From a virus (Duplodnaviria > Caudoviricetes), in IMG/VR virus record IMGVR_UViG_3300010370_000038, positions 876 to 64,875 of that record: a DNA stretch of 64,000 nt; one strand, written 5' to 3'. How positions within the stretch are numbered: position 1 is the first letter of the stretch; every line of letters starts with the position of its first letter. Below the pieces are notes generated by a model. That model was not told the DNA's origin. It saw nothing but the letters and a program-made list of their open reading frames with translations, and made no database searches. Below, piece by piece: positions 1 through 10,254 of this stretch. The position numbers and the translations under genes were made by a program.

Positions 1-24
1 GGGGTTCGACTCCCTCCACTTCCA
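1..24 (+). tRNA. 3' end of a tRNA truncated by the window edge; identity not determinable
   Basis: T-arm GGGG-TTCGACT-CCCTC followed by acceptor strand CACTTCC and discriminator A; directly precedes two complete tRNAs. Confidence 0.8.
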
Positions 25-26
25 TT

Positions 27-99
27 GCTCCTTTAGCAATCTGGTGAATGCACCGAACTCATAATTCGGCTAAGGTGGGTTCGATCCCCTCAAGGAGCA
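27..99 (+). tRNA. tRNA with CAT anticodon (elongator Met or lysidine-modified Ile2)
   Basis: Acceptor GCTCCTT/AAGGAGC, anticodon arm CCGAA-CTCATAA-TTCGG, T-loop TTCGATC. The G1-C72 pair and lack of three G-C anticodon-stem pairs argue against initiator tRNA. Confidence 0.92.
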
Positions 100-103
100 C
101 CTC

Positions 104-187
104 GGGACGGTGGCGGAATAGGTAGACGCACCAGACTTAAAATCTGTTGGGCAATTGCCCGTGGGGGTTCGATTCCCCCTCGTCCTA
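104..187 (+). tRNA. trnL: tRNA-Leu(TAA)
   Basis: Acceptor GGGACGG/TCGTCCT, anticodon loop CTTAAAA, long variable arm GGGCAATTGCCC, T-arm GGGGG-TTCGATT-CCCCC. Confidence 0.95.
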
Positions 188-218
188 TAAAATAAATAAT
201 CGATATGGGAGTTATCCT

Positions 219-515
219 ATGTCTTTTAAATATAAAATCACTCATGCATACTGTTGGTACAACAATGGAAGCATGATAGTAAAGATGTATTTTATCAATG
301 AAATACCCTTTACTTTTGACGAACTACCAGATGGGCATTTGTATGATCACGAACTATGCAGGTTAGCAGATCAGCAAAGAACGTTCGAAGTAGAAGACTT
401 GTATAGAAATTCTTTTTATTTAATTGATGAAGAAGCCCACCCATGCCTTTTTCCAGTAGAATTGGAAAACCCTGAATGTTTGCCAGAATGCAATGAACCT
501 TTGGAAGAACTATAA
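219..515 (+). CDS. Conserved cyanophage hypothetical protein (acidic C-terminus)
   Basis: ATG at 219 after a GGGAG SD; the ORF-track TTG start at 147 lies inside tRNA-Leu. Confidence 0.8.
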   Translation: MSFKYKITHAYCWYNNGSMIVKMYFINEIPFTFDELPDGHLYDHELCRLADQQRTFEVEDLYRNSFYLIDEEAHPCLFPVELENPECLPECNEPLEEL

Positions 516-1113
516 ACAAATACTATTCGAAACTTTCCCAGACTTGACGCTAGATCATGTGTGGTGCAAATGGGAAGACAAATTAAATCTGGATGCAAAG
601 ATCTACAAAGGAAAGTATTTCTTAAAATCCAGAGAAGCGGAGATTTATAACGATAAGTCTTGTATCTACAATAATATCATATATCCAAAAACAGGTTCCA
701 ATTTACCATGCTTTGGTATGGACTTGATGGGATTTTTTGATAAGAAAGTTATTATTGTTTTTGATTTTCAACATCCTGTAGAAAACTACTTATTCACTAC
801 GGATAAACTACCTAAGACTGAGGGAGACTTTAGATTCTTTCAAAAGGGAAATCATTTCTCCGATCACATTTACGTTGCTAAATGTACAATGTCTGAAGTA
901 GATAATTATGTGCATGTCTTTAAGAAATACTTGGAAGTATATAAAGATATGGTAGAATCTGCTGAACCATCTGGAGAAGACACAAAGTATTATAGTGATT
1001 TTGATAATTACATGACAAATCTTGATCCTGTTGGTGGTTATTTAAAGAGTAATTTTGGTGAGGAAAAGTCAGAATCATTTGTCAAAGACTTTCTTTTCTG
1101 CTATAATAAATAA
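493..1113 (+). CDS. pebS: Phycoerythrobilin synthase (ferredoxin-dependent bilin reductase)
   Basis: YPKTGSNLPCFGMDLMGFFDKKVIIVFDFQHP, RFFQKGNHFS and LDPVGGY...FVKDFLF match cyanophage PebS; both catalytic Asp residues (GMD, LDP) are present. Confidence 0.93.
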   Translation: MNLWKNYKQILFETFPDLTLDHVWCKWEDKLNLDAKIYKGKYFLKSREAEIYNDKSCIYNNIIYPKTGSNLPCFGMDLMGFFDKKVIIVFDFQHPVENYLFTTDKLPKTEGDFRFFQKGNHFSDHIYVAKCTMSEVDNYVHVFKKYLEVYKDMVESAEPSGEDTKYYSDFDNYMTNLDPVGGYLKSNFGEEKSESFVKDFLFCYNK

Positions 1114-1158
1114 TGTGCTGGCGATACCAGTATCAGTAATCCCTTCCGTGTGACGCAG

Positions 1159-1183
1159 AACCTCCCAAACGGGAGGTTTTGTT
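1159..1183 (+). terminator. Rho-independent terminator
   Basis: AACCTCCC-AAAC-GGGAGGTT stem followed by TTGTT. Confidence 0.85.
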
Positions 1184-1225
1184 GTATCTAAATAGAACTA
1201 GCATAAATTAGTTTTTCGCGGGAAG

Positions 1226-4200
1226 ATGCCTCTTAGTAAACTAGAGAATTTTATTAAAAATACGGAAGGAAGAATCCTTTACGTTAATCCAAATGATATT
1301 GACGCTACTGACAGCCTTGATAATCAAGGAAACTCTTTGACAAAACCTTTCAGAACTATTCAAAGAGCACTTCTTGAATCTGCAAGATTTTCCTATATTA
1401 GAGGAAAAGATAATGATATTATTGACAAAACAACTATTCTATTGTTCCCAGGTGAACATCTGATTGACAATAGACCTGGATATGGAATTAGAAATAACCT
1501 TGGAGCAAAAGCTGTATCACCATCTGGTGCAGAATCTGTTGCGAGTACAACTTTTGGTCTAACTTTAAGTTCTAACTTTGACTTATCGCAAGAAGACAAC
1601 GATTTATATAAATTCAACTCAGTCGATGGTGGTGCTATTCTTCCCCGTGGCACATCAATTGTTGGTCTAGATCTAAGAAAAACAAAGATTAGACCTAAGT
1701 ACGTTCCAAACCCAACAGATCCAGCAACACCTAAGTCTGCAATCTTCAGATTGACTGGTTCTTGTTATTTGTGGCAATTTACTATTTTTGATGCAAACCC
1801 AGATGGCACTGTTTATACAAACCATCAAAATTTCACTAACGAACTTTATATTTCTAGACCACTATTCTCACACCACAAACTAACTGCCTTTGAGTTTGCG
1901 AACGGTGTTACGAAAGCAGATGGTTTTGATCATACTGATCTCAGCATGTATTATTACAAGCTGACTCATGCATTTGGACCTAGCACTAATAGACCAATTG
2001 CATTCCAATGGCCAGACCAAGAAGGAGACTTTGATAAGCAAAGATCTGAATGGGAGATTGTTGGTGCTCTCGCCGCTGACCCAATTGCAATCTCAAATAT
2101 TATCTCTGGTGATGGAACAACTCCAACAACAACAATTACAGTTGATACTGATGTTCCACACTTGCTTGATATTGGATCTCCAATTCGAATTACTGGTATC
2201 AACGTACCAAACTATAACGTAAGCACAACTGTCACAAACGTTCTAAGTGATACTAAATTCACGTATACGCTTGCAATTGTTCCATCAAACCTAGACCCAA
2301 CACCTTCCACTTCTAACCCTAGAGTTACTGTTGAATCTGATACTGTTAAGGGGGCATCTCCTTATGTCTTTAACGTATCTCTAAGATCTGTTTATGGATT
2401 GAATGGCGCTCATGGTGATGGTACTATCACTGACGGTTTCCGTTCGATGGTTATTGCACAGTACACTGCAATTTCTCTACAAAAGGATGACCGTGCATTT
2501 GTTAAGTATAACAAAAATGCAGGTACTTATGATGGTATTAATATTAGCACTCCTTCTTATGGTGCCGATCTTCCTGCAGGCTCATCCTCAACGAACAGCG
2601 CACAAGTTTATCACCTAGACAGTAGAGCTGTCTATAGAAAGGGGTGGGAAACATCCCACATGAAATATACCAATGATGGTGTTTGTCAGGTTGTTTCTGT
2701 GTTTGCTATCGGTTTTGCTAGACACTTTGAAGTGCAAAGTGGTGGCGACCAATCGATTACAAACTCAAACTCTAACTTTGGTCAGATTTCTCTTTATGCA
2801 GATGGATTCAAGAAAGAATCATTCTCGAAAGATAACCAAATCTATATTACAAGTATTGTTCCACCAAGAGCAATTCAAAGTCAAGAATCTAAGATTCAAT
2901 ACGTTACTTTAGATGTTGGACTAACAACTGCAGTTGGTATCACGAGTCATCTTTATTTAAGAGGATTCACCGCAATAGACGGAATCCCCCCATCTGGAGC
3001 ACAAGGATTTAAAATTGGTGCTAGAGATAATGATAAAATTTATGTGAATCTTGGCGCTGGAACTACCTACAGCGCAGAAATTCACATGATGAATAATACT
3101 GTTTCTGTATCGTCTACAGTTGCTCAGGGTATCACTCCTGGATATAAAGAGTGGAGAGTGGTTAACACTACTGGAGGTCCAAATGATGAGACAATCCTTC
3201 ACACAAATGGTAATCACAGTTTTGTTACTGGGGAGTCTGTAATTCTCATCCAAAATAATGGTAATCTTCCAGATGGATTAGAAGATCATAGAGTTTATTA
3301 TGTAATTAAAATGTCAGTTTCTACAATCAAACTGGCAGCCAACTTAACTAATGCGTTGAATGGAAGAGGTCTCAACTTAAATAACGTCAAAGTAGATAAG
3401 TCATTAAGAATTTTAAGTAGAGTTTCTGATAAAGTACCTGGAGATTATGGGCATCCAATCCAATGGGATCCAAACCACAATAACTGGTTTATTCACGTTG
3501 AAAGATTTAATAATATCTACACCCAATTTGCTTCCCAAGGTGTAAAAGGTCTCGGTGAAGCTACTTCAGAATCATTCTTCAATAGAGTTCAGGAAGATAG
3601 ATCGCTTGACGAAAGGATCTATACAGCAAGAATGTTCATTCCTAAGGAAGCTCAAGATGCCAGAGATCCTAGTGACGGTTTCGTAGTTCAAGAATCAAGC
3701 CAAACTGGAAATATTTTATTTGACCCAACTGAGATTAATATTGATCAGTACCAATATAATAGAAATCCTAGATTCATTGCTACCTGTTCATATAATGCAG
3801 GAACTGGCGAAGTAACTTTATTCAGTGAAAAACCACACACTCTTTTCAAAGATAATCAGATTATTATAAAGGGAGTAAAGAGTTCTAATAATGTCAATGC
3901 AATTGAAAACCAAGGATATAACGGAACATTTGCAGTTAAGAGTATAGTTGATGACCATACAATTACATATGATCTTGGTTCGAATCCTGGAACTTTCCAG
4001 AATGTTACTTCGACAAGAGATTCGAAACTACCTAGATTTGAAAAAAATAGAATCAATACGACTCTTTACATTTTCAGACCAAATATTCTCGAAAACTTTG
4101 CTCAGGGGTTCAACGATGGAATCTCACAAGCAGACTTTGTTAGTGCATCCTATGCAATGGATATTGAGTTCACTGATCGTTATTATTCGCAACCAGTAGA

Positions 4201-6340
4201 AGATTTCTACCCACAGTTGGATAGAGATAATGCAAATGATAATCCAATGGCTTCTGTCACTTATGCAAAGAGAAGACCAATTGGGCAAACTGTCCTAAAT
4301 GACAAGAAGAAGTCTCTAACCAGAGAGGCAATGGATAGTTTCATTAAAGATATTGGAATCGGAATCACAGTAACATCCGTAACTAATCCATCTGCAACTG
4401 GAATTGTAACTATTACAACCGCATCTAATCATGGATTTGGTGCAATCAGAACCTACGGATCACTAACAGCTGGTTCTGGATTTAATGATGGAGTCTACTA
4501 CAATAAGAAACTCTTTAATACTGGCACACTTAACTGGCAAGGTGCTCTAGCAAAAATTGTAGTTTCTGGTGGATCTGTTGTTGAAGTTACTATTACTGCA
4601 GGCGGATCTGGATATAAAGGTGGTCAAGTATTAGATATTCAAGGATTCGCAGGTGCATCAATTACCCTAAACGTAAAAGGAATCTACCATGGAGTTGGAG
4701 ATGTTCTCCAGTTTACTGGATTAAGTACATCAATCGATAAGTATTTCCCAATCATTAGGATTCCATCAAGAAATACACTTGCTTTGGGAAGAACGGTCGG
4801 TGATGAAAGAATTTATGCTGGCGAATATTTCTTGAATACTGGTGCTGAGATTAGCGTATCTTCAGTCCAATATAACTATGCAGTTGGAATTGCTACATTC
4901 AATACTACTAGTGGAATCGCTGGTCATGGATTAGTCAAGGGAAATTCATTCCAGATTGTAGACTCCAGTGACAATAAGATTGGCGGCAAAACTGCAAATT
5001 ATATCGTAGAAGACGTAGGAAGTCTGACACAATTTACCGCCAAAATGACAAAACCTCCAACTGGAGCTAGCAAGATCTATAAGGGTGGTTTTGCTGCAAA
5101 TGCTGGTGCAATTCTAGGATCTGCGGATGAAAAGATTGCTGGTAGAGGTCATGCAATTTATGGAAATGAGTGGGGTGGATTAAAGGCATCGATTGGAAAC
5201 GCCGAGGCAGATAACTTAATTAGAGTTGCAATCGGCACTGAATCCACAGGTAATGCATCACTTGTTGGTGTAGGAACAACTGCAAGATACCAGATTGGTG
5301 ATTATATACAAATCGGAAATGAAATTATGAGAATTGCTAAGAACAGTCTTTCTGGAACTAATAATGATTCATTGACTGTACTTAGAGGTTATTTTGGAAC
5401 TGATAAGGCAACTCATGCAGCAGGAACAAGAGTCAAAAAAATTCAAGTTATTCCAGTAGAACTTCGTAGAAACTCTATTCTCCGTGCTTCTGGTCATACA
5501 TTTGAATACTTAGGTTATGGTCCTGGTAACTATTCAACTGGTCTACCTCAGGTTCAAAACATCACACTTACACCTCTTGAGACTTTCTTAGCACAATCTC
5601 AAGAACTATCTGGTGGTGTTGTTGTGTATACTGGCATGAACAACGATGGTGACTTCTTCATTGGTAACAAGTCTGTTTCCTCTGCAACTGGTAGAGAAAC
5701 AAGTTATGATACTCCAATTGCAACAGTTACTGGCGAGCAAGGAACAAATGTCGTTGGTGCATTTGATGAAGTTGTTATTAACCAGAGATTGAAAGTTGAA
5801 GGTGGTGCCTCTAAGACAATTCTATCGCAATTTGATGGTCCAGTAACATTCCAGTCAGAAGTTAAAATTAATAGTAATGTCTTAATTGATGGAAATAGAT
5901 TCAGTGTTGATGCAGATACCACGATGGTTGGTGATGTTACTATCACTGGAGATGTTGTTGCAAGTGGTATTGGTAGTTTTGGTGGAGATGGTAATTTTGG
6001 TGGAGACCTAACAGTTGCAGGATCTGTTACTGCAGGATCTGTTAAAACCGCAGCACCTGCTAGTGGTTCCACACTAACCTTTGGAACGGTTAATTTTGTA
6101 AATACATCGTCAAGTGCTGTCAACTTCACAGTTCCCGATCCAGGTGCTATTTCTGGTAAGACTTTCAGAATTATTGATATCTCTGGTAATGCTGCAACAA
6201 ACAACATTACATTGAACTTCACTGGAACAACAGTTATGGGATATGCTGGTCAAACTCAGTTTATTATTAACCAAGATCATGCTGCACTTGGATTTGTTTA
6301 CAATGCAACCACTGATTCTTGGTATCCAACTGAGTTTTAA
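1226..6340 (+). CDS. Large virion structural protein (fibre/baseplate-associated), 1704 aa
   Basis: N-terminus MPLSKLENFIKNTEGRILYVNPND typical of a cyanomyovirus structural protein; several small beta-barrel repeats (ITTxxxHG...G); CTAAATA late box at 1188-1194. Confidence 0.8.
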   Translation: MPLSKLENFIKNTEGRILYVNPNDIDATDSLDNQGNSLTKPFRTIQRALLESARFSYIRGKDNDIIDKTTILLFPGEHLIDNRPGYGIRNNLGAKAVSPSGAESVASTTFGLTLSSNFDLSQEDNDLYKFNSVDGGAILPRGTSIVGLDLRKTKIRPKYVPNPTDPATPKSAIFRLTGSCYLWQFTIFDANPDGTVYTNHQNFTNELYISRPLFSHHKLTAFEFANGVTKADGFDHTDLSMYYYKLTHAFGPSTNRPIAFQWPDQEGDFDKQRSEWEIVGALAADPIAISNIISGDGTTPTTTITVDTDVPHLLDIGSPIRITGINVPNYNVSTTVTNVLSDTKFTYTLAIVPSNLDPTPSTSNPRVTVESDTVKGASPYVFNVSLRSVYGLNGAHGDGTITDGFRSMVIAQYTAISLQKDDRAFVKYNKNAGTYDGINISTPSYGADLPAGSSSTNSAQVYHLDSRAVYRKGWETSHMKYTNDGVCQVVSVFAIGFARHFEVQSGGDQSITNSNSNFGQISLYADGFKKESFSKDNQIYITSIVPPRAIQSQESKIQYVTLDVGLTTAVGITSHLYLRGFTAIDGIPPSGAQGFKIGARDNDKIYVNLGAGTTYSAEIHMMNNTVSVSSTVAQGITPGYKEWRVVNTTGGPNDETILHTNGNHSFVTGESVILIQNNGNLPDGLEDHRVYYVIKMSVSTIKLAANLTNALNGRGLNLNNVKVDKSLRILSRVSDKVPGDYGHPIQWDPNHNNWFIHVERFNNIYTQFASQGVKGLGEATSESFFNRVQEDRSLDERIYTARMFIPKEAQDARDPSDGFVVQESSQTGNILFDPTEINIDQYQYNRNPRFIATCSYNAGTGEVTLFSEKPHTLFKDNQIIIKGVKSSNNVNAIENQGYNGTFAVKSIVDDHTITYDLGSNPGTFQNVTSTRDSKLPRFEKNRINTTLYIFRPNILENFAQGFNDGISQADFVSASYAMDIEFTDRYYSQPVEDFYPQLDRDNANDNPMASVTYAKRRPIGQTVLNDKKKSLTREAMDSFIKDIGIGITVTSVTNPSATGIVTITTASNHGFGAIRTYGSLTAGSGFNDGVYYNKKLFNTGTLNWQGALAKIVVSGGSVVEVTITAGGSGYKGGQVLDIQGFAGASITLNVKGIYHGVGDVLQFTGLSTSIDKYFPIIRIPSRNTLALGRTVGDERIYAGEYFLNTGAEISVSSVQYNYAVGIATFNTTSGIAGHGLVKGNSFQIVDSSDNKIGGKTANYIVEDVGSLTQFTAKMTKPPTGASKIYKGGFAANAGAILGSADEKIAGRGHAIYGNEWGGLKASIGNAEADNLIRVAIGTESTGNASLVGVGTTARYQIGDYIQIGNEIMRIAKNSLSGTNNDSLTVLRGYFGTDKATHAAGTRVKKIQVIPVELRRNSILRASGHTFEYLGYGPGNYSTGLPQVQNITLTPLETFLAQSQELSGGVVVYTGMNNDGDFFIGNKSVSSATGRETSYDTPIATVTGEQGTNVVGAFDEVVINQRLKVEGGASKTILSQFDGPVTFQSEVKINSNVLIDGNRFSVDADTTMVGDVTITGDVVASGIGSFGGDGNFGGDLTVAGSVTAGSVKTAAPASGSTLTFGTVNFVNTSSSAVNFTVPDPGAISGKTFRIIDISGNAATNNITLNFTGTTVMGYAGQTQFIINQDHAALGFVYNATTDSWYPTEF

Positions 6341-6382
6341 TTAACCAATAAATAATTAAAACAGTAGTACCTCAATAGCATA

Positions 6383-9217
6383 ATGGCTAATAATTACAGA
6401 AAGGTCTTTACAGTCAGAGATGGTATCCAAGTTTCTGGATCCTCTCTGGTTGTTGCCAACAATAACGTCGGTATTGGTACTTCTGCCCCAACAAAACAGG
6501 CAGAAGTTGTCGGTGAGTTATTGATTTCTGGAACACTCAGAAACACTGGTGTTGTTACATTCAGAAACTTAGAAGTCTCTGGAATTACTACATTCTATGA
6601 GTTTGATTCTAAGACTGGATATAAAGGTCTAGGTGCAGGTACTACTAATCCTGGAACTGTTATTGGTATTGGAACTAGTTACGCTGGTATTCAAACTGGC
6701 GCAACAATGCAGGTTGGATTTGGTATTACTTTATTCGCTAATACTGGTAGATTAGAAGCTGCTGCTTTCTATGGTGATGGTTCTACTCTATCCAATGTTC
6801 CTATTTCTGGTTGGACTTCTACATCAGAGGCACCACCTTCTCTAGTTGCGGCAAACACTACTGACATTTATAGACTTGCAAATGTTGGTATTGGTACTAC
6901 TATTGTTACTCATAGACTTACTGTTAAGACTGGAAACTTTGATGGGCGAGACATCCAAGGAGATATTTACATTGATCGACATGCATACTTTGGAGGAATT
7001 GTAACTGCATCATCATATAGAGGTGATATTTCACTTGCTAGTGGTATTGCACAAACGGCAGGATTTGCGAGAACAGCATTCTTCCTCACAAATAATCCAA
7101 CAATCGGAATCACTACACTCAATGCGTTGGGTGCAGCAACCATTGCTGGAAAACTTACATTAACATCAAATAGAAATCATTTAATTACTGGTGCTGGTAT
7201 TAGTATCACTGGTATTGTGACATCTAGAGATGGATTTGTTGGTAACATCACTGGAACTGTCACTGGAAACGCTAGTGGTTTATATAATAATCCAGACATC
7301 AATGTGAGCAGACTATATGCTACAACTGCTGGTATTGGTAGCACAAATACTGGTATTGCAGCAACAACTAATGGTGCTGTTTTAATTGATGGTAGATTGG
7401 ATGCATATGGAAACTCCTATAATAACACATGGAACAATCCAAATCAAACTATCAGTCATCATCTATTCCTAAGAAATCCAAATAAGAAGATTAATGGAAC
7501 TATTGGATTAGGATTTGGAGTTGGTTTAGGAACAACTGCTGGTGGTGCATTTGTCTATGAGCAAATGAATGCTCTGGGCGGTGACTTTGCAATTAGAACT
7601 AGAAATACAACTGCAAAAGCAACTGAGAAATTTAGAGTAACTCAAGGTGGTAATGTTGGCATTGGTTCAACAAGACCTGGCAGGAGATTTTCCGTTATTG
7701 GTAATGCAGAAGTTTATGGTGCCTCTAAGTTCGTTGGAGTTGTTAGCATTACATCTGGGTCTGATGCAAATGCTATTTTGATCAATCCATCAACAAGAGC
7801 AATTACTAATTTAAATAGAATTTCTGCGAATGCAACTGCTGGTCAAGTAAGTAATTTCAGTATTGCTAATTTTACTAACGGAAGTGCTGGCGTTGCTGTA
7901 TCGATTGGTTATTGGCAAACTGGTGCCGATCAGGATGAAGCAAGAGTTGTAATTAATCCTACTGCCACTACAAATACAAAAGTAGCGACTTATAGAGCAA
8001 ATCTCTATAATGCTGGAGTAACAGTTCTAGATGGCGTAGTTTGGATTGGCGATCAAGGCAGAATTTCAATTACAACCACAACCAATCTTAATTCTGTAGT
8101 TCTTGATTTAACAAAGTACGGAAGCATTAATAGCGGAATTAGTAGTGGAATTGTGAGATTGCCTGTAATTTCAGATACTTTAAGAGCAGGAATTTACACT
8201 GGAAATAATACCACTGGACCATATGCTGGTGTTGGATTTATGCACCTTGAAGAGATTGAAAGTGTAGATCAAATTTCTATTGTATATCCAGTATTTAAGA
8301 CCAACGTTGGTCTTGGAACTACAGTATTTGGATTTGGTGCGATGTATAATGCTCCCGCACCTAGAGCACACGCAAGATGGTTCGGATTCCCAGTAGCACA
8401 AGCTTCAGATAGGACCAAAGCTTTATTCGCTCGTTCTTATACTGGCGTCACTTCTGCAATGTCATATTATGATTGGGGATTGAATAAACTTGCATATCGA
8501 GATAACACACATTGGAGAACAATTGCCAACCAATATGAACTCTATGCTTTAGTTGGTGTCAGCACAAATACAGTAAATCTAGGAACATTTACTGGATCTA
8601 CGATTGCAGACAGCACAAACATAAAGACAGCACTTCAATCTTTAGAAACAGCAGTAGAAACAAAAGCAGCTAGTACAACTGTAAGTGAAATTGATACTAA
8701 TGTCAACGATGTAATAACACTTACTGGTATTGCAGAAAATACCAGTAATCTTGGTACATTTACTGGAACAACTATTGCAGACAATACAAACATAAAGACA
8801 GCACTTCAGTCTTTAGAAACAGCAGTAGAGGCAAGAAGAACATTTGCTTATAGAACACTTGCTATTACTGGAGATACTAACCAAACCGTAAGTGCAGCAT
8901 CATATGATAGAGTTTATTGGACTGATACATTTGGTGGAAATAGAACTCTCAATATTAGCAATCTAACAGATGGAAGAGAAGTTATTATCTTTATTAGAGA
9001 ACAGGGGCAAACACCTCAAGACATTACTATAAATGCATCTACTACTACATCTGGTTACAGTGGAGTTTTCCTAGCACAAAGCCGTGGCGAAGATGTAGAA
9101 TCTCAAGGAACATCTACATTTGAACTAGACGGAACTGTATTAGTTAATGGAATAGTCCAAGTTACAGTCGTGAATATTGGTGGAAACTTCGTCGGATCTG
9201 TAATTGGTAATACTTGA
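6383..9217 (+). CDS. Tail fibre-like structural protein, 944 aa
   Basis: Repeated NVGIGT/GIVTA/FYGDGSTLS fibre motifs, Gly/Thr-rich; ATAAATA late box upstream. Confidence 0.8.
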   Translation: MANNYRKVFTVRDGIQVSGSSLVVANNNVGIGTSAPTKQAEVVGELLISGTLRNTGVVTFRNLEVSGITTFYEFDSKTGYKGLGAGTTNPGTVIGIGTSYAGIQTGATMQVGFGITLFANTGRLEAAAFYGDGSTLSNVPISGWTSTSEAPPSLVAANTTDIYRLANVGIGTTIVTHRLTVKTGNFDGRDIQGDIYIDRHAYFGGIVTASSYRGDISLASGIAQTAGFARTAFFLTNNPTIGITTLNALGAATIAGKLTLTSNRNHLITGAGISITGIVTSRDGFVGNITGTVTGNASGLYNNPDINVSRLYATTAGIGSTNTGIAATTNGAVLIDGRLDAYGNSYNNTWNNPNQTISHHLFLRNPNKKINGTIGLGFGVGLGTTAGGAFVYEQMNALGGDFAIRTRNTTAKATEKFRVTQGGNVGIGSTRPGRRFSVIGNAEVYGASKFVGVVSITSGSDANAILINPSTRAITNLNRISANATAGQVSNFSIANFTNGSAGVAVSIGYWQTGADQDEARVVINPTATTNTKVATYRANLYNAGVTVLDGVVWIGDQGRISITTTTNLNSVVLDLTKYGSINSGISSGIVRLPVISDTLRAGIYTGNNTTGPYAGVGFMHLEEIESVDQISIVYPVFKTNVGLGTTVFGFGAMYNAPAPRAHARWFGFPVAQASDRTKALFARSYTGVTSAMSYYDWGLNKLAYRDNTHWRTIANQYELYALVGVSTNTVNLGTFTGSTIADSTNIKTALQSLETAVETKAASTTVSEIDTNVNDVITLTGIAENTSNLGTFTGTTIADNTNIKTALQSLETAVEARRTFAYRTLAITGDTNQTVSAASYDRVYWTDTFGGNRTLNISNLTDGREVIIFIREQGQTPQDITINASTTTSGYSGVFLAQSRGEDVESQGTSTFELDGTVLVNGIVQVTVVNIGGNFVGSVIGNT
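8576..8830 (+). repeat. Two intragenic copies of a 28-aa unit (NLGTFTGxTIADxTNIKTALQSLETAVE) at a 171-nt period
   Basis: Copies at 8576-8659 and 8747-8830. Confidence 0.9.
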
Positions 9218-9242
9218 CAAGATACCATTTTCTCTCTATAAT
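9214..9242 (+). promoter_or_regulatory. Consensus sigma70-type promoter
   Basis: TTGACA-17 nt-TATAAT. Confidence 0.85.
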
Positions 9243-9268
9243 ACCTTTGCTGAGGTTCAGACACCACT

Positions 9269-9520
9269 ATGAAATCTTTACTATTATCTCTGATTATTTT
9301 TGGAACTGCTGCTCCTGCCATGGCAGATCATGCTGTTCGACGAGAATATCATGATCATCATTATCGAAGAGAACCTGTTTGTCGCCCAATTCCTACAGTT
9401 TTAGGTGCATTGTTAGGTGGTGGTGTTGCTGCATCAATGAGTCGCGGTGATGGTTACTATTGGTCTGTTCCTGTTGGTGCTGCTATTGGTGGTGGTTTAT
9501 TTGGTTGCACACAAGACTGA
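9269..9520 (+). CDS. Small signal-peptide/glycine-zipper membrane protein
   Basis: Signal peptide ending AMA, then GALLGGGVAASMSRGDGYYWSVPVGAAIGG glycine zipper. Confidence 0.75.
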   Translation: MKSLLLSLIIFGTAAPAMADHAVRREYHDHHYRREPVCRPIPTVLGALLGGGVAASMSRGDGYYWSVPVGAAIGGGLFGCTQD

Positions 9521-9604
9521 ACCACTTTAAGAACTGGCACAGGACCCCTTTGGAAACACCCAGAGGGGTTTTATAATAAGTGCATCAACAGGGAGATCCC
9601 CACA

Positions 9605-9973
9605 ATGACCACCACCATTGCCCGTAAGCAAGAGTTCTCTGACTTCTGTGCTCAACGTGATGCTCAGAATACTATTCAACTGAATGTTGTTAAGTGGACT
9701 TGGATGCTGTGTGATGCATTGCGTCATGCTGCACCTGATGGTTACGATTATATCTTTGAGTCTGGTAATAAGTATCACAAGGTTATCATGATTGACTCTA
9801 GTGGTGCTCGTTCGGTTCATTGTTTCATTGATAAAAAGACTGGCGAAGTCTATAAGTCTGCTTCTTGGAAGTCTCCTGCCAAAGGTGTTCGCTACGATCT
9901 TCGTTTGATTCGTGATCGTGAATATCTGTTTGCTCATGCCGATTGGGCAGGCGCTTACCTTTACATGAAGTGA
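9605..9973 (+). CDS. Conserved phage hypothetical early protein
   Basis: KYHKV...SVHCFIDKKTGEVYKSASWKSPAKGVRY motif; own promoter cassette and GGGAG SD. Confidence 0.85.
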   Translation: MTTTIARKQEFSDFCAQRDAQNTIQLNVVKWTWMLCDALRHAAPDGYDYIFESGNKYHKVIMIDSSGARSVHCFIDKKTGEVYKSASWKSPAKGVRYDLRLIRDREYLFAHADWAGAYLYMK

Positions 9974-9975
9974 TC

Positions 9976-10254
9976 ATGATTGAGTTTCCACATAAAGCAC
10001 CGAAAGGTTATTCATATGAAATTGAAGAGTTCAAAAGAAATGTTCTTGCTATATGGATTGTCAATCACTCTCACTTCGACTATAATGGTCGTTCTGATAT
10101 TCGTTCTATTTGGGGATTTTACAATTCAAAGACAAAACAATACCACTCCCCGATTAACTCTAAGACAGTCGGTTCTTGTGTAGATATTAACCAAACTACC
10201 CCATATTCTGCTATGATGATCAAGTTTAATCCCCTCATGTCTGCCTTTGTATGA
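9976..10254 (+). CDS. Conserved cyanophage hypothetical protein
   Basis: MIEFPHKAPKGYSY...IWGFY...TTPYSAM; packed against neighbouring genes. Confidence 0.8.
   Translation: MIEFPHKAPKGYSYEIEEFKRNVLAIWIVNHSHFDYNGRSDIRSIWGFYNSKTKQYHSPINSKTVGSCVDINQTTPYSAMMIKFNPLMSAFV

Noticed and set aside
147-218. ORF-track N-terminal extension from TTG at 147
   Set aside because: Overlaps tRNA-Leu; ATG at 219 has an SD
8576-8830. Fibre-gene repeat pair as a diversity-generating retroelement TR/VR
   Set aside because: Both copies are in frame within one gene, the differences are not confined to adenines, and there is no reverse transcriptase in the window
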